The notes beneath the pieces were generated by a model. That model was not told the origin of the DNA. It ran no database searches and saw only the letters and a list, made by a program, of their open reading frames with translations. From Alistipes onderdonkii (lineage in GTDB: Bacteria; Verrucomicrobiota; Kiritimatiellia; RFP12; UBA1067), in the NCBI GenBank assembly GCA_963630185.1, contig CAVGMG010000001.1, positions 1 to 45,184 on the forward strand: DNA of 45,184 nt, in the 5' to 3' direction. Position 1 is the first letter of the stretch. Every line of letters starts with the position of its first letter. The position numbers were made by a program, and so were the translations under genes. Shown here one piece after another: positions 18,347 through 30,200 of this stretch.

Positions 18347-19057
18347 ATGTTCACTCTCTTGGCATTCACGGGCGCCGCCATGCTCGGCTACGGCTTTTCC
18401 TCGGTCATGACGGCCCTCCTCGCCGACGTCGCCGTCACCGGCATCGCGCTCTCGACCTACTCCACCTACCAGCAGGGCGTCGCGCAGGGCAAGGCGAACG
18501 AGGCCAGCGCGAAGATCGCGGCGAACCAGGCGGCGGCGCAGGAGGCCCAGGCCCAGGAATACGAGCGGCAGGCCGCGCTCCAGAAGGAGCAGGAAGGCCT
18601 CGACCAGATCCAGGGCGAGCAGGAGGCGGCCAAGCGCGCCCGCGCCCGGGCGGCCGAAGTCGGCTCGACCTACGCCGCCGCCGCCGGCAACGGGCTTCTC
18701 GTGAGCGGCTCCGAGACCGACACCTTCGCGAACGTCCTCAAGTCGCAGGAGCAGGAGGCCCAGGCGGACATCCAGACGATCAGGGCCAACACGGCGCTCG
18801 GCGTCTGGAGCCGCGAGGAGCAGGCGCGGAGCTACCTCGTCGCGGCCCAGCAGTCGCGATACGGCGTCACCGGCTCGCTCCTGTCGTCGTCGAGCTATGC
18901 GAGCCAGGCGAGATACGCCCGCTCGAACGGCATCACCTCGGCCGCCGGGAGCGCGCTTTCGGGCGTGGCGACGACGGCGATCGGCGCGAACGGCCTCGCC
19001 AAGGAGACGGGCGGCTACCAGTGGGGCGGGACGAAGGTCGCCGCCTCGGCGAAGTAA
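18347..19057 (+). CDS. Internal virion protein B-like (position of T7 gp14), N-terminal membrane segments plus Ala/Gln-rich coiled coil
   Basis: ATG 18347. MFTLLAFTGAAMLGYGFSSVMTALLADVAVTGIAL followed by AAQEAQAQEYERQAALQKEQE. Confidence 0.45.
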   Translation: MFTLLAFTGAAMLGYGFSSVMTALLADVAVTGIALSTYSTYQQGVAQGKANEASAKIAANQAAAQEAQAQEYERQAALQKEQEGLDQIQGEQEAAKRARARAAEVGSTYAAAAGNGLLVSGSETDTFANVLKSQEQEAQADIQTIRANTALGVWSREEQARSYLVAAQQSRYGVTGSLLSSSSYASQARYARSNGITSAAGSALSGVATTAIGANGLAKETGGYQWGGTKVAASAK

Positions 19058-19080
19058 GAAAAAAAAGGAGGGGGCGAGAG

Positions 19081-21210
19081 ATGGGCGTGTTCGACATCGT
19101 ACCGAGAACCGAAGTCCTGCAGCCGTCGCGGGCGGTCTCGCCCGTCCGGCGCTACCAGGCCCCGTCGCACGTCGTCGCGGACGCCTCGACCGCGTGGCGC
19201 GGCGCGGAGCGCCTCGGCCGCGGCGTCACCGACCTCGCCAGGGCCATGATGCAGATCGGCGCCGACATGGCGCACGAGCGGAACATGATCGAGGACAACG
19301 AGACCGAGGCGGCGTTCGTGGACGCGATGCGTCAGAAGATGGATGCGCCGGACGGCGGGCTCCTCCAGCGGATCGCCTCGGCCTGGAGCGGCGACGCGCT
19401 CCAGGGGTGCGTCGAGGAGGGGGAGGGCTACTTCAAGAGCGCGGCCGACGACCTCCTCCGCGAGAAGGGCTATTCCGGCGACCGGAAGAGGCGGATGGCG
19501 CTGCGCCTGGACTCGGCGGCCTCGCCGTTCCAGCGGACGATGGCGCAGGGCGTCCTCCGGAAGACGACCGAGCTCAAGGTCTCGTCCGCCGACAGGAACT
19601 TCAATTCGCTCCTCGAGACGTGGCGGTCGCGCCCGGCGGACGAGGAGTCGACGCGGAGCGTCATCGACGCGTTCCGCGCCTCGCAGCGCGTGCGCGGCCT
19701 TGCGGACGACGCGGTCGAGGAGAACGCCGAGAAGGTCTGGCGGTCGATGGCCTACGACTACGTGACGACGGACGTCGGCGCGGCGGACCGCAGCCGGCTC
19801 GACTGGATCGAGGCGCGTCTCGCGGACGGCCGGAGCGGCGAGCTTCTCGCCTTCAACCAGGCCCTGGCGGAGCATTTCGACGGGCGCGACCCGTTCGGGC
19901 CGTCCGCCGTCCGCGCGAACGGCGGCGCGGTCTCGGCGCGGGACGGCGTCAGGGCGGCGGTCCTCATGCGCCGCCAGGCGCTCGACAAGAAGGACGGCGA
20001 GGCCGTCGACGCGGCGGCGAACCTCGGCACGGCGGCCGTCGCGGCGATCCGCGACAAGAGCGGCAGATACCCCGCCGACCGCCTCCAGAACGTCGAGGAG
20101 GCTATCGAGGCGCTTGGCGCTCTCGCGAAGACGCTGCCCAGGGGCGGCCGCGCCGCGACGGACGCCGCCGCGCGCGCGAGCGACCTCGACGCCAAGGCGG
20201 ACATGATCGCCCAGCAGGAGATGATCGAGGCGTATCTCGGCGACCTCGAGAAGGACCCGGACGCGAAGATCTACGTCGCCGGGACGCGCGGCGCCCGGGG
20301 CGAGGAGACGGCGGCGGCCCAGAACGCCTACTTCGGGCAGGGGCGCAAGGAGCGTCTCGCGCCGCTCGTCCAGCAGATGGTCGACCAGCAGCGCGCCCGC
20401 CCCGCCGGCGAGATGCGCAAGGCGCGCGTCGCGGAGCTCAAGATGCGGATGCTCTCCGGCGCGAGAAACCCCGGCGACTACCACAACGAGGTCTTCCGCG
20501 CGGCGAAGGACGGCGAGATCGAGCTTGGCGACTACCTGGCTCTCGTCAAGGAGTTCGACGAGTCCTGGGCGAAGGGCTTCGAGACGGGGAGGAAGTCGCC
20601 GAAGCAGACGCTCGCCGAGCAGATGCTCGGCCTTGTGCAGGAGTATTTCCCGTCCACGTCGCTGGCCTCGTCCTTCGAGTGGGACGCAAAGGCCTCGACG
20701 CTGAAGCTCCGCAAGGACGCGGACTACGAGGGTCTCGAATACGAGGTGCGCGACCGGGGCGGCTTCTGGCGCGGCCTCTTCGACCTCTGGGGGATCCCGC
20801 CGACGTCCACCACGCACAAGATGGACGCGTCCGCCGTCGAGAAGCTCGTCAACGTGGCGACCGCGCTCTCGTTCTACGACGGGAGGCTAATCGACTTCGA
20901 CCCGATCACGGGCGGCGACGCGGACTACTTCACCGGCGAGAGGATCAAGACCGGCAAGGACGCGCCCGCGTTCAGCGCGGCGGCCTACTTCCGGCGATAC
21001 CTGCAGCGTCTTTCGGACGAGAGCAAGGCGACCGGGGCCGCCGAATACGTCATGCGGCTCGTCGAGGCCGAAAGCCGCCTCGGCAACTCGGCCGCCGACC
21101 TGGAGGAGAGGCGGGCGGCCTCGGTCGCCGAGGCGGCAAAGTCCCGCCGTCCGTCCGTCGTGCAGGTCAGGAACCGCAAGGCCGGCGAGGGCGTGACGAC
21201 GAAGAGATAG
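19081..21210 (+). CDS. Internal virion protein C-like (position of T7 gp15), 709 aa
   Basis: ATG 19081 after aaaggaggggg. Mostly helical. Assigned by synteny only. Confidence 0.45.
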   Translation: MGVFDIVPRTEVLQPSRAVSPVRRYQAPSHVVADASTAWRGAERLGRGVTDLARAMMQIGADMAHERNMIEDNETEAAFVDAMRQKMDAPDGGLLQRIASAWSGDALQGCVEEGEGYFKSAADDLLREKGYSGDRKRRMALRLDSAASPFQRTMAQGVLRKTTELKVSSADRNFNSLLETWRSRPADEESTRSVIDAFRASQRVRGLADDAVEENAEKVWRSMAYDYVTTDVGAADRSRLDWIEARLADGRSGELLAFNQALAEHFDGRDPFGPSAVRANGGAVSARDGVRAAVLMRRQALDKKDGEAVDAAANLGTAAVAAIRDKSGRYPADRLQNVEEAIEALGALAKTLPRGGRAATDAAARASDLDAKADMIAQQEMIEAYLGDLEKDPDAKIYVAGTRGARGEETAAAQNAYFGQGRKERLAPLVQQMVDQQRARPAGEMRKARVAELKMRMLSGARNPGDYHNEVFRAAKDGEIELGDYLALVKEFDESWAKGFETGRKSPKQTLAEQMLGLVQEYFPSTSLASSFEWDAKASTLKLRKDADYEGLEYEVRDRGGFWRGLFDLWGIPPTSTTHKMDASAVEKLVNVATALSFYDGRLIDFDPITGGDADYFTGERIKTGKDAPAFSAAAYFRRYLQRLSDESKATGAAEYVMRLVEAESRLGNSAADLEERRAASVAEAAKSRRPSVVQVRNRKAGEGVTTKR

Positions 21211-21239
21211 CAGCTTGTCCAAAGAGGAGACCCAATCAC

Positions 21240-24200
21240 GTGACCGACGACATTCTCCATTCGCAAGACCCGGCGGCGTCCGACGACGCCGCGCCGAAGG
21301 ACGCCGCCTCAAGCGGCGTGAACGACGACGCCGTCCTCCACGCCCCCGACCTCCAGAGGGCGGCGGCGCGCGCGCTCGTGGCCGTTCCGAAGGACGAGGA
21401 CGACTATTCGGCGCGCGTCCGCGCGAAGACGCTTTCCGAGGCGCTCGGCCGCGCCATCGCCCTCGCGAAGCGCGAGGCCCCGGACGGGACCGCCGCGCCC
21501 GAGGAGCGCGACGCCGCCGAGCGCGCGACGGCCGACGCGATTGGCGCGACGCTCACCGGCAAGCACGACTACGACGGGGCGATGTGGAACCGCCAGAGGC
21601 CGTTCGCGTCCGGCGCGGCCTACGCGGCGCACATGCGCGACCTCGTCCTCAACAGCCCGGACGCCGGTCTCACGGAGGAGGCCAAGGCGTTCTACGCGGC
21701 CGATTACGACACGCAGGTGCGCCTCGCGCTCGAACACGAAGGGACGCTCGACGCCGTCAAGCGCGTCGCGGCCGACGCGCTTGACGCGCTGCGCCCCGTC
21801 TCCCGCCCGCTCTCGCGGCTTGAGGAGTCGGAGGCGGACGACGAGACGCGCGGGGCATCGGCGACCGTCTTCGTCGCCAACATGGGCGGCACGGACATTG
21901 ACGAAAAGACGCTCGACGCGGCGAAGGCGAAGGTCGCCGCGTTCCGCGAGAGGCGGCGGCGCGAGGAGATCCGCCGGAAATACGAGGCGAAGCTCAATGC
22001 CGACAACGCCTGGAACGCCTTGACGAGCATCCTGCCGACGCTCTCGGAGGACGCGCAGACGTGCGCGAAGGCGATCCTGGACTCGCCGGAGAACAAGTTG
22101 CCCTACGAGCACTACGCAAAGTTCAACGCGCTTCCGCGCCGCGAGCGCGAGCTCGTCGTCCAGACGCGCCAGCTCGCGAAGGACAGGGTCGACTCGGGCG
22201 TCTGGAACACGCTCCAGGACGCCGGGATCGGCGCGTTCAACGTCGCCTCGGCCGTCGTCGCGGCGCCGTTCCGGCAGGGGGCGAAGCTCGGGCGCGGCAT
22301 CTACGACGCCGTGGCGGGCCTCAACGCGCCGGAGACAGACCCGAGCGACGTCCGCGACGCCATCACCAGCGCCGACGAGGCGGGGCTCGACGTGAACGAG
22401 CTCGCCGTCAGGCGGCAGCTCCTCTGGCAGGCGACCGGCGACTTCCTTGCCGGCGGCGACCTCGAAAGCGCCGCGTTGCCGCAGCTCCAGTTCGAACAGG
22501 TCTGCGAAGACCACGGCGTCGTCGGCGAGGCGGTGATCGGCGCGGTCTCGACGCTTCCCTACATGGCGGCGGCGGCGATCCCGCGCGTCGGCCTGGGGCT
22601 TGTCGCCCTGGAGGCGATGCAGGAGTTCGACGACCACGTCGCCCTGAACGGCGGCGACATCACCGACCGCCGCTACCTCATGTCGTCGTTCGTGATGGGC
22701 GGGCTCTACGCCTACGTCGAACGCCTCCAGGTCGAGAGGCTCATCGGCGGCGTCAGCGAGCAGCGCGTCCGCGAAGGGCTTCTCAAGGGCTTCTGGAGCG
22801 GCATCAAGAACGGGACGGTGCCGAGGGTTTTGACGGTCGAGACGCTCTCCGAGTCGATCCAGGAGGGCTTGCAGAACGGCGTCATGGCCGTCAACAACGC
22901 CTACGCCCTGGACGAGGACGCCGTCCGCGGCTTCGGCGAGGCGTTCGTCGACGACTTCGTCGGCTCGCTCGGGACGATGGCGATCGTCGGCGCGGGCGGG
23001 CTCGTGGTCGGGCACGCCCGGCGAAGCGGTCTGCACGTCCGGGGGCGTGACGGGCTGTCGGCGGCGGACATGCGCCGCCTGGAGCGCTCCGCCGACCTCA
23101 CGAACCTCTACCGGACGATGTTCGCGCACGACAACATGGTCGAGGCGGCGGCGCGGTCGTCCAATTACCGCCGCCGCGCGATGGGCGAGGAGCTCCAGGC
23201 GCTGCGCGGCCGCTGGCTGGAGGGCGGCAAGGCCGCTCTCGTCGCGCAAGGCGGCGTCAGCGAGCAGGCGGCCGAGAGCCTCGACGGCTTCTTCGCCGCG
23301 CTCCGCGCCGCCGAGGGGTCGGAGGCGGTGTCCGCCGCCTCGTCGGCGCTCGGCGAATGGAACGCCGCGCGCGGCCTCGAAGCGTCGCCGAAGGCGGGCG
23401 AGAGGGGCGACATCGGGCAGCAATACCTCGAAAACCTGATCCGTGCGTTCACGGACGGCGGCATGTCGCGCGACGACTTTACGGGTCGCCTCGTCTCGAT
23501 GGGGTTCTCCGAGAAGGGCGCGGGCGACTACGCCGCCTGGGCGGCCCTCGAACGCGCCGTCCGCGAGAGGGCGGCGCAGGTCGGCGCGTTCGTCGAAGGG
23601 CGATACGAGCGAAAATACGGTTCCAACGCGGCGGAGAGCGCCGACGTGAGCCGCGTCAGGAAGTCCTTCCAGAACCTCGACCGGGCGCGGAGCGTCTGGG
23701 CGCAAGGCCTGGGCGTCTACAGCCGCAACGCCGACGGTTCGGTGCAAGACCCCGGCGCAAAAGCCCTTGAGGCGTTCGGTTTCGCGAAGGAGGACGCCGA
23801 GTCGCTTTCCCGGCTGTTCCACTACGAACGCGCGGCGGCCTGTTCGCGCGTCGCGCTGGACGGCGTCCGCGCCCTCTACGAAAAGGCGACAAAAGGGCGC
23901 GTCGGCGGCAGGGAGGCCCTCGCGAGAGAATTCAAGGGGCGCGTCGTGCGCCTTCCGGCCGGCACGGACGCCAAGGGCAGGGAGACGTTTGGCGACTTCA
24001 TCCGCTTCGAGATGCCGGGCGGCCGGGGCGAGGCCTTCGTCCGGATCGTCGAGACCAGGGCCGTCGAGCCGGACTTCTCGAAGGCCAATCCTTTCGTCGC
24101 CGAGTCGGTCGCCGAAACGGCGAAGGGCTGGGCGAAGCCCGTCACGGCGGACGACTGGATGCGGGCGACGCCCGACGAGCGCAGGAGGATCTGGAGGGAA

Positions 24201-27200
24201 CACGGCCTGCACGACGAGGGCTTGTTCGTGGCAGACCCGACCGTCTCGCTCGTCCTCGACGGCGACCCGTCCGCGCGCGTCGACTCCGACGGGGCGAAGC
24301 GTCTCGTCTTCGGGACGATCGCGCTTGCCGACGAGTCGGGCGTCAAGACGCTTGACGACCTTTCGCCGGTGAAAATCGTCGACTCGTCCGCCGGCTTCCA
24401 CGAGGTCTACCACGCCTGGGAGCACTTCATGCGCGCGACGGGGCAGTGGACGGAGAAGGAGGAGGCGGCGCTCGCCGCGAAATACGGCAAGGCCCTCGGC
24501 GGCCGCCACGACGAAGAGGCGGCGGCGAACGCGATGCGCAGCTACATGAACCGGCGCATTGAAGGGCGGATGTCTGCCGAGGACGAGACGAGCCCCTTCG
24601 GGAAAATCTACGCGCTCGCCAGGAGGCTCGTCCGGCGCGGCGAGGAGATGAAGGCGAAAGAGCGCATCGCGTCGACCGCCGAGGAGGCCTTCTTCGACCA
24701 GATCGTCGCCGACCGCTATTCGGGCGTCGGCGAACTCGGAAAGCCCGAGAAGAAGGAGGAGAAGGGCGGCGAGAAGGGAAAGTCGGAAGCCTCCGCCGCG
24801 CCGCAGATGCCGGGGCGCAAGGAGACATCAGTCGCCGCGCCCGCCCCTGCGGCGTCGTCGACGGAGGCGGGCTCTTCCGCGTCGAAGCCCGGAGCCTCGC
24901 CTCTTCCCGCCGCGCAGAGGGGGTGGACGGCCTACACGCCGACGGGGAACGTCAAGGTCGGCGGGCATTACGCCGTCGTCGACCTCTCGGAGATCGTCCA
25001 CTCGAACAACCCGGCCTACGCGCTCTACATGCGCGCGCAGCTTCGCAACCGCAAGGACAACAAGGCCGAGGAGGACACGCGAAAGGACATCGTCAACAAC
25101 TTCCAGGCCGAGAGGCTGCTTGAAGCGCCCGACACGGCGAACGGCGCGCCGATCGTGTTCGCCGCGCCGGACGAGAAGGGCGTCAGCCGCCTGTTCGTCC
25201 TGTCCGGGAACGGGCGCGTCCTCGTCCTCAACGAGCTCGCGGAGCGCCACCTCTACGACCGCTACAGGAACGTCATGAAGGCGTGGGCGGCCGAGAACGG
25301 CCTTGCCGTGCCGGAGGGCGAGACGCCGGTGCTCGTGCGCGTCGTCACGGACTTCGGCGGCGCGACGCGCGAGCAGGTCGCCGACCTCTCGAACACGAAC
25401 TCGATCCAGCAGTATACCGAGGAGGAGCAGGCGCGCGCGGACGCGGAGGTGGTCAAGGCGCTCGGCATCGCGGGCCTCTACCACGCGAACGCGAACGGCA
25501 CGGCCGACATGACGCCCGGCGTCAACGACGAATTCTTCGCGGCGTTCATCCGGGGCGTCGGCGACACCTCGCTCTACAACTCCGACCGCTCGCTCACGGA
25601 GACCGCCCGCGTCCGCGCCGTCCGCGCGCTTCTGGCGATCGCCGTCGGGCAGGGGCCTCGCGGCCGCGACGTCGTCCGGAAGCTGGTCGAGCAGACCGAC
25701 ACGCTCAACATCGCGCGGCAGAAGAACGCGGCGGCGATCATGGCCGCCGCCGTCGCCTCGCTTGAAGAGAAGGACGCCTACGCGATCGGGCCGGACCTCT
25801 CCCGCGCGATGGCCGACTTCGTCGACTTCGCCGAGAGGAGGAAGGCCGGGAAGGTCGCCACCTTCGACGACTACTACAACCAGATGGACCTCCTTGACGC
25901 GCCGAGCGAGATCTCGCGCGAGATCCTCCGGCTCTTCGGGTCCAAGCAGCCTGCGGCGGACATCGCCGAATACGTGACCGTCTACTGCAACGCGGCGGCG
26001 CAGGAAGACCCGACCGGCGGGCTTTTCGGAAAGGACGCCGCCAGGAGCCGCCTCGACGTCTGGAACGACGCGAAGAGGCTTGTGGACTCTCGTCGCGTGG
26101 CGGACGGCGGCGCGGCGCGGCATTCGTTCAAGGCCGAGACGAGGACGCTCTACCACGGCAGCGCGGCGGACTGGATCCGCCCCGACCTCCGGCACGTCGG
26201 CGAGGGGCAGGGCGGCGACTACCAGGGCTACGGGCTCAACATGACCACGAGCCGCTCCGGCGCGGAGCTCTGGGCGTCCGTCGCCAAGACGCAGCGCGCC
26301 CTCCGCGCCAAGGGGCCGATCGAAGGCGTCAAGGCCTTCTTCGCCCCGAAATTCGTCTACTCGGCCGAGATGGACAAGTCCGCGCACGTGGTCGGCTACT
26401 TCGACCCCGTTTCGCCGGACGTCGCCGAAGCCGTCCGCGCCGCGCTGGACGCGGAGGCGATTCCGCTGTCGGAGGAGGACGAGGAGGCGTTCGCGAAGCT
26501 TGCCGGGCGTCCGTTCGAGCGCCTGGCGAAGTTCGTCGCGTCCCGCGAGAGGTTCGGCGTCAGGATCTCGCCGAAGACGGCGGCGGACGTCCTCGTTCGC
26601 GCCGGGATCGACGCGAGCTGGACGCCGTCCGTCTCCGGCGACGCGGCGACAGACCGCGACTACACCGTCTACAACGTCGCGCGGCTCACGAACTACCACC
26701 AGTGGGCGAACGGCGTCCAGCGGCATTCGTTCAAGGCCGCCGCGCCCGAGGTGACGGCGTCCGATTTCGACGCGGCGATTGAAAAATACGGCGAGGCCGA
26801 AGACGTGTCGCAGGCCGTCTACGCGCTTCCGGACGGGCGGCTCCTGCGCGGCAAGGGCGTCGAGATCACGCGCGGCGGACGGACGTTCACGTCGTTCGGG
26901 CACGACGGCCTCGCCGAAGACGTCATGAAGAAGGTCGCGGCGAAAGCGTCCGATGGAAAAAGCCCCGCCGCCTCCCTGGACGAGAGGATGGGGGCGGCGC
27001 GGCGGGCGATCGCGAGGGCCGGCGCCATCCGCCTCGGATGGGACGGAAGCCTCCTTGAAACCTTCAAGGAGCCGACTCCTGCCCAGTGCGACAGGCTCTA
27101 CGACGTCGTCTACGAGGCCTACGACCTCGCGGAGAGGCAGGGTGACGTCCGTGGCGTCACCGTCGACGTCTCGGACGCGGACGGCGTCGTCGCCTTCGCG

Positions 27201-30200
27201 GTCGCCTACCGCGCCGGGACGTCGCCGCGCCGGATCGTCGAAGACCTGCGCGGGTGGTATCGCGAGGGCGTCCTGCCGCTCGGCGCGAAAGGCCCGGCGG
27301 CCGACCTCGCGCAGGTCGAGGCCTCGCCGAGGCACTCGATCGCCGGGGTCGACTTCAGCGCGATGGCGAAATACTACCAGGGCGACGTCCGCGAGATCGC
27401 GCGGGAGCTCAAGCGGTCGAACCCCTACGCCCTGAAGCTCGCGGCCGAGGCGATGGCGAGGGCCGTCCCGGACGGCGCGGTGCTCGTCCCCGTGCCGGGC
27501 CACGACGGACGCGCGGGCGACACGTTCGCCCTGGCGAACGAGATCGCCGCGATCACCGGCTCGCCCGTCGTCGAGGCGCTGCGCGGCACGCCGCGCCGCG
27601 CCGTCTACGAGCAGAAGCGCGAGGGCGTCCTGCCGTCCGCGTCGGCGCTCGGCTTCAGGCGTTTCGCCGCCCTGCCGCCCGGCCGCGAGGTCGTCTTCGT
27701 CGACAACGTCGTCGGGACCGGCACGACGGCGGTCGCGGCGCGCGAGGCGCTCGGGACGGGGCGCGTCCTGGCGTTCGCGTGGGACCACACCGCGCCGCGC
27801 CCGGTCGGCGTCGTCGGCGGGCTCGACGGCGCGGCGCGGCACTCGTTCGCCGGGCTGCGCGGGCAGGGCGCGGCGGGCGTCCGCGCCGTCGGCGACGCCG
27901 AGGCGCTGGAGTCGCGCGGCGTCGGCCGCGAGGCGGTCTTCCGCCTCACGGGGTGGTATCGCGGCGCGGACGGGCGCTGGCGCGTGGAGCTTCCGTTCCA
28001 CGGCGCGTTCGTCTTCGAGGGCGACTTCGACGACGGCCTCGTCAAGGGCTACCGCACCGTCGGCGACTACTTCGACTGGCCGGAGCTCTTCCAGGCCTAC
28101 CCCGAGCTGAAGGACGTCGAGGTGCGCTTCGACGACCTCCCCGACGACGTGCGCGGCGACTTCGACCCGAAAACCAAGACGATCCGCATCGCGAACGCCG
28201 TCCGCCGGGGCGGGTCCGGCGCCCTGGCGCGGCGCCGCGTCGCGCCGGTCATGGTGCACGAGATCCAGCACGCGATCCAGTCCATCGAGAACCACGCGCG
28301 CGGCGGCGACCCCGACGACCTGCTCGCGCTGGACCGGAAGAAGGCGCTCGACGAGGTCTTCCGCCTGTCGCTCGCGCGCGCCCTCGCGAAGACCAAGGCC
28401 GAGAAGGCCGAGATTTCGGAGAAGATCGAGGAGCTCGAGCGCAGCCTCGCCGCCGACGCCGAGGCCGCGTTCGAGCGATACTACCGCCTCGCCGGAGAGG
28501 TCGAGGCGCGGAACGCGGCCCTGCGCTTCTCCAAGAGCCCGTCGTGGCGGCTTTCGCATCCGCCGTGGGAGACGGAGGAGGTCGGGCGCGACCGGCAGCT
28601 CGTCGACTTCAAGGAGGAGGACGGCGTCCACTGGGACGACGCCGCGCCGGACGCCCGCCGCTCGGTCACGTCGGCCTGGGGCGAGGGCTTCCCGGATGTC
28701 GCCTACATGACGACGCGCAAGTTCGTCCTCGCGAACCCGGAGCTCGACAGGCTCCACCGCGAGGCGAAGGCCGGAAGCCTGGCTGCCGCGCTCGCGTTCG
28801 TCGACCGTCTTCTGCCGGACGCGCCGACGAGCGAGTCGGAGAAGGTGCGCGTCCGCAAGATCAAGGATCTCGCGGCAGACCACCCGACGGCCGTTCTCGT
28901 CCCGGTCGTCGCGATGGAGCGGACAGGCCACAACATGCTGCCGTTCGCCTACGCGCAGAGAATCGGCGAGATCACGGGCCTCAAGCTCGCGAGGGGCGTC
29001 AAGCAGAGCGTCAAGGCGAACCACACCGGCGCGAGCGGACTCGAGCGCCTCGTGCGCCGCGCCGAGTTCGTCGGGGACGTGACGCCCGGCCGCGAATACG
29101 TCATGGTCGACGACCACGTCACGCAGGGCGGGACGCTCGCGGCCTTGCGACGTCACGTCGCGGATCGCGGCGGAAAGGTCGTCGCGGCGACGACCTTGAC
29201 AACGTCGCGCGGAAGTAGTATACTGTCTCCACGTGATTCGACGCTTGAAAAACTCGCCGCGAAGTTCGCAAGCGTCCTTGCAGAACTCAAGGAAGCAGGT
29301 GCAGAAGATGCCATCGCAGACCTTACAGAATCCCAAGCCCGACAGCTCCTCAAATACTCCGTTGACTCCTTTGGAGATCTTGCAGCTCGAGCACTCGTTC
29401 GCCGTCGCGGCGAGGGAGCTCATCAAGATGGGCCGGGCGACGCCGGACTCGTTCGAGCCGCGCTTCGACCCGGAGGCTCCGACCAAGCTGGAGCTCGTCC
29501 AGGGATGGCCGGGGGAATGGGAGATCCTGCCGGACGGGGAGCTCAGATACCTCTGCGGGACGTTCGATGGTCTTTCGCAGGACGATCCAAGGCACTTGAT
29601 GTAGGCGACGTCCTTCCGGGGCTGCGCCCGCTCTACGACCATGACGCGAAGCGGCTCGGCGAGACGTTCTTCGCCAGGTCGCCGCTGATCAGGGGCCCCG
29701 TCTCGAAGGATCTTCACGACGCGATTGACGAGGCCGGCAGGGCCGGGGAGATGCCGGACGGCGAGAAGCGCGGCCTTCTCGAACGGCTCGTCGGCGAGAT
29801 CAAGGCGTCCAAGGAGGGGAAAGTCCTCTTCGGACGCTACAGGACGGGCGACTCGTGGGACGGCACGGAGGACGACTGGCTCCGCCCGGAGCGCGTCAGG
29901 CTGCGCGAGCGTATCTTCCGCGACCTCGTCCTGGCGCCGGTCACGTCCGCCAACAGCGAGGCGCTTGAGCCGAACCGGCTGACCGGCAAGGCGAAAGGCG
30001 CGGAGGCGATTGCTCGTTCGAACGCGGCGAACCCCGACCTGCCGAAGATCTCGCTTGGTGCGGACGCCCGCTACGCGCCGTCGCGCGAGCGGCGGCTCGA
30101 CATCGTGATGGGGCCTTCGGCGGCCGGGAAGTCGAGCGTGTTCGTCGACCTCCTGTCTGTCTGCCACCGGGCGCGCGTCTTCGATTCGGACGCGGTCAAG

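Noticed and set aside
18897-21239. First 781 codons of the 5234-aa track ORF
   Set aside because: This stretch is the +1-type off-frame of the gp14/gp15-like genes and is Arg-rich. Real coding in this frame begins at GTG 21240, behind a good RBS.
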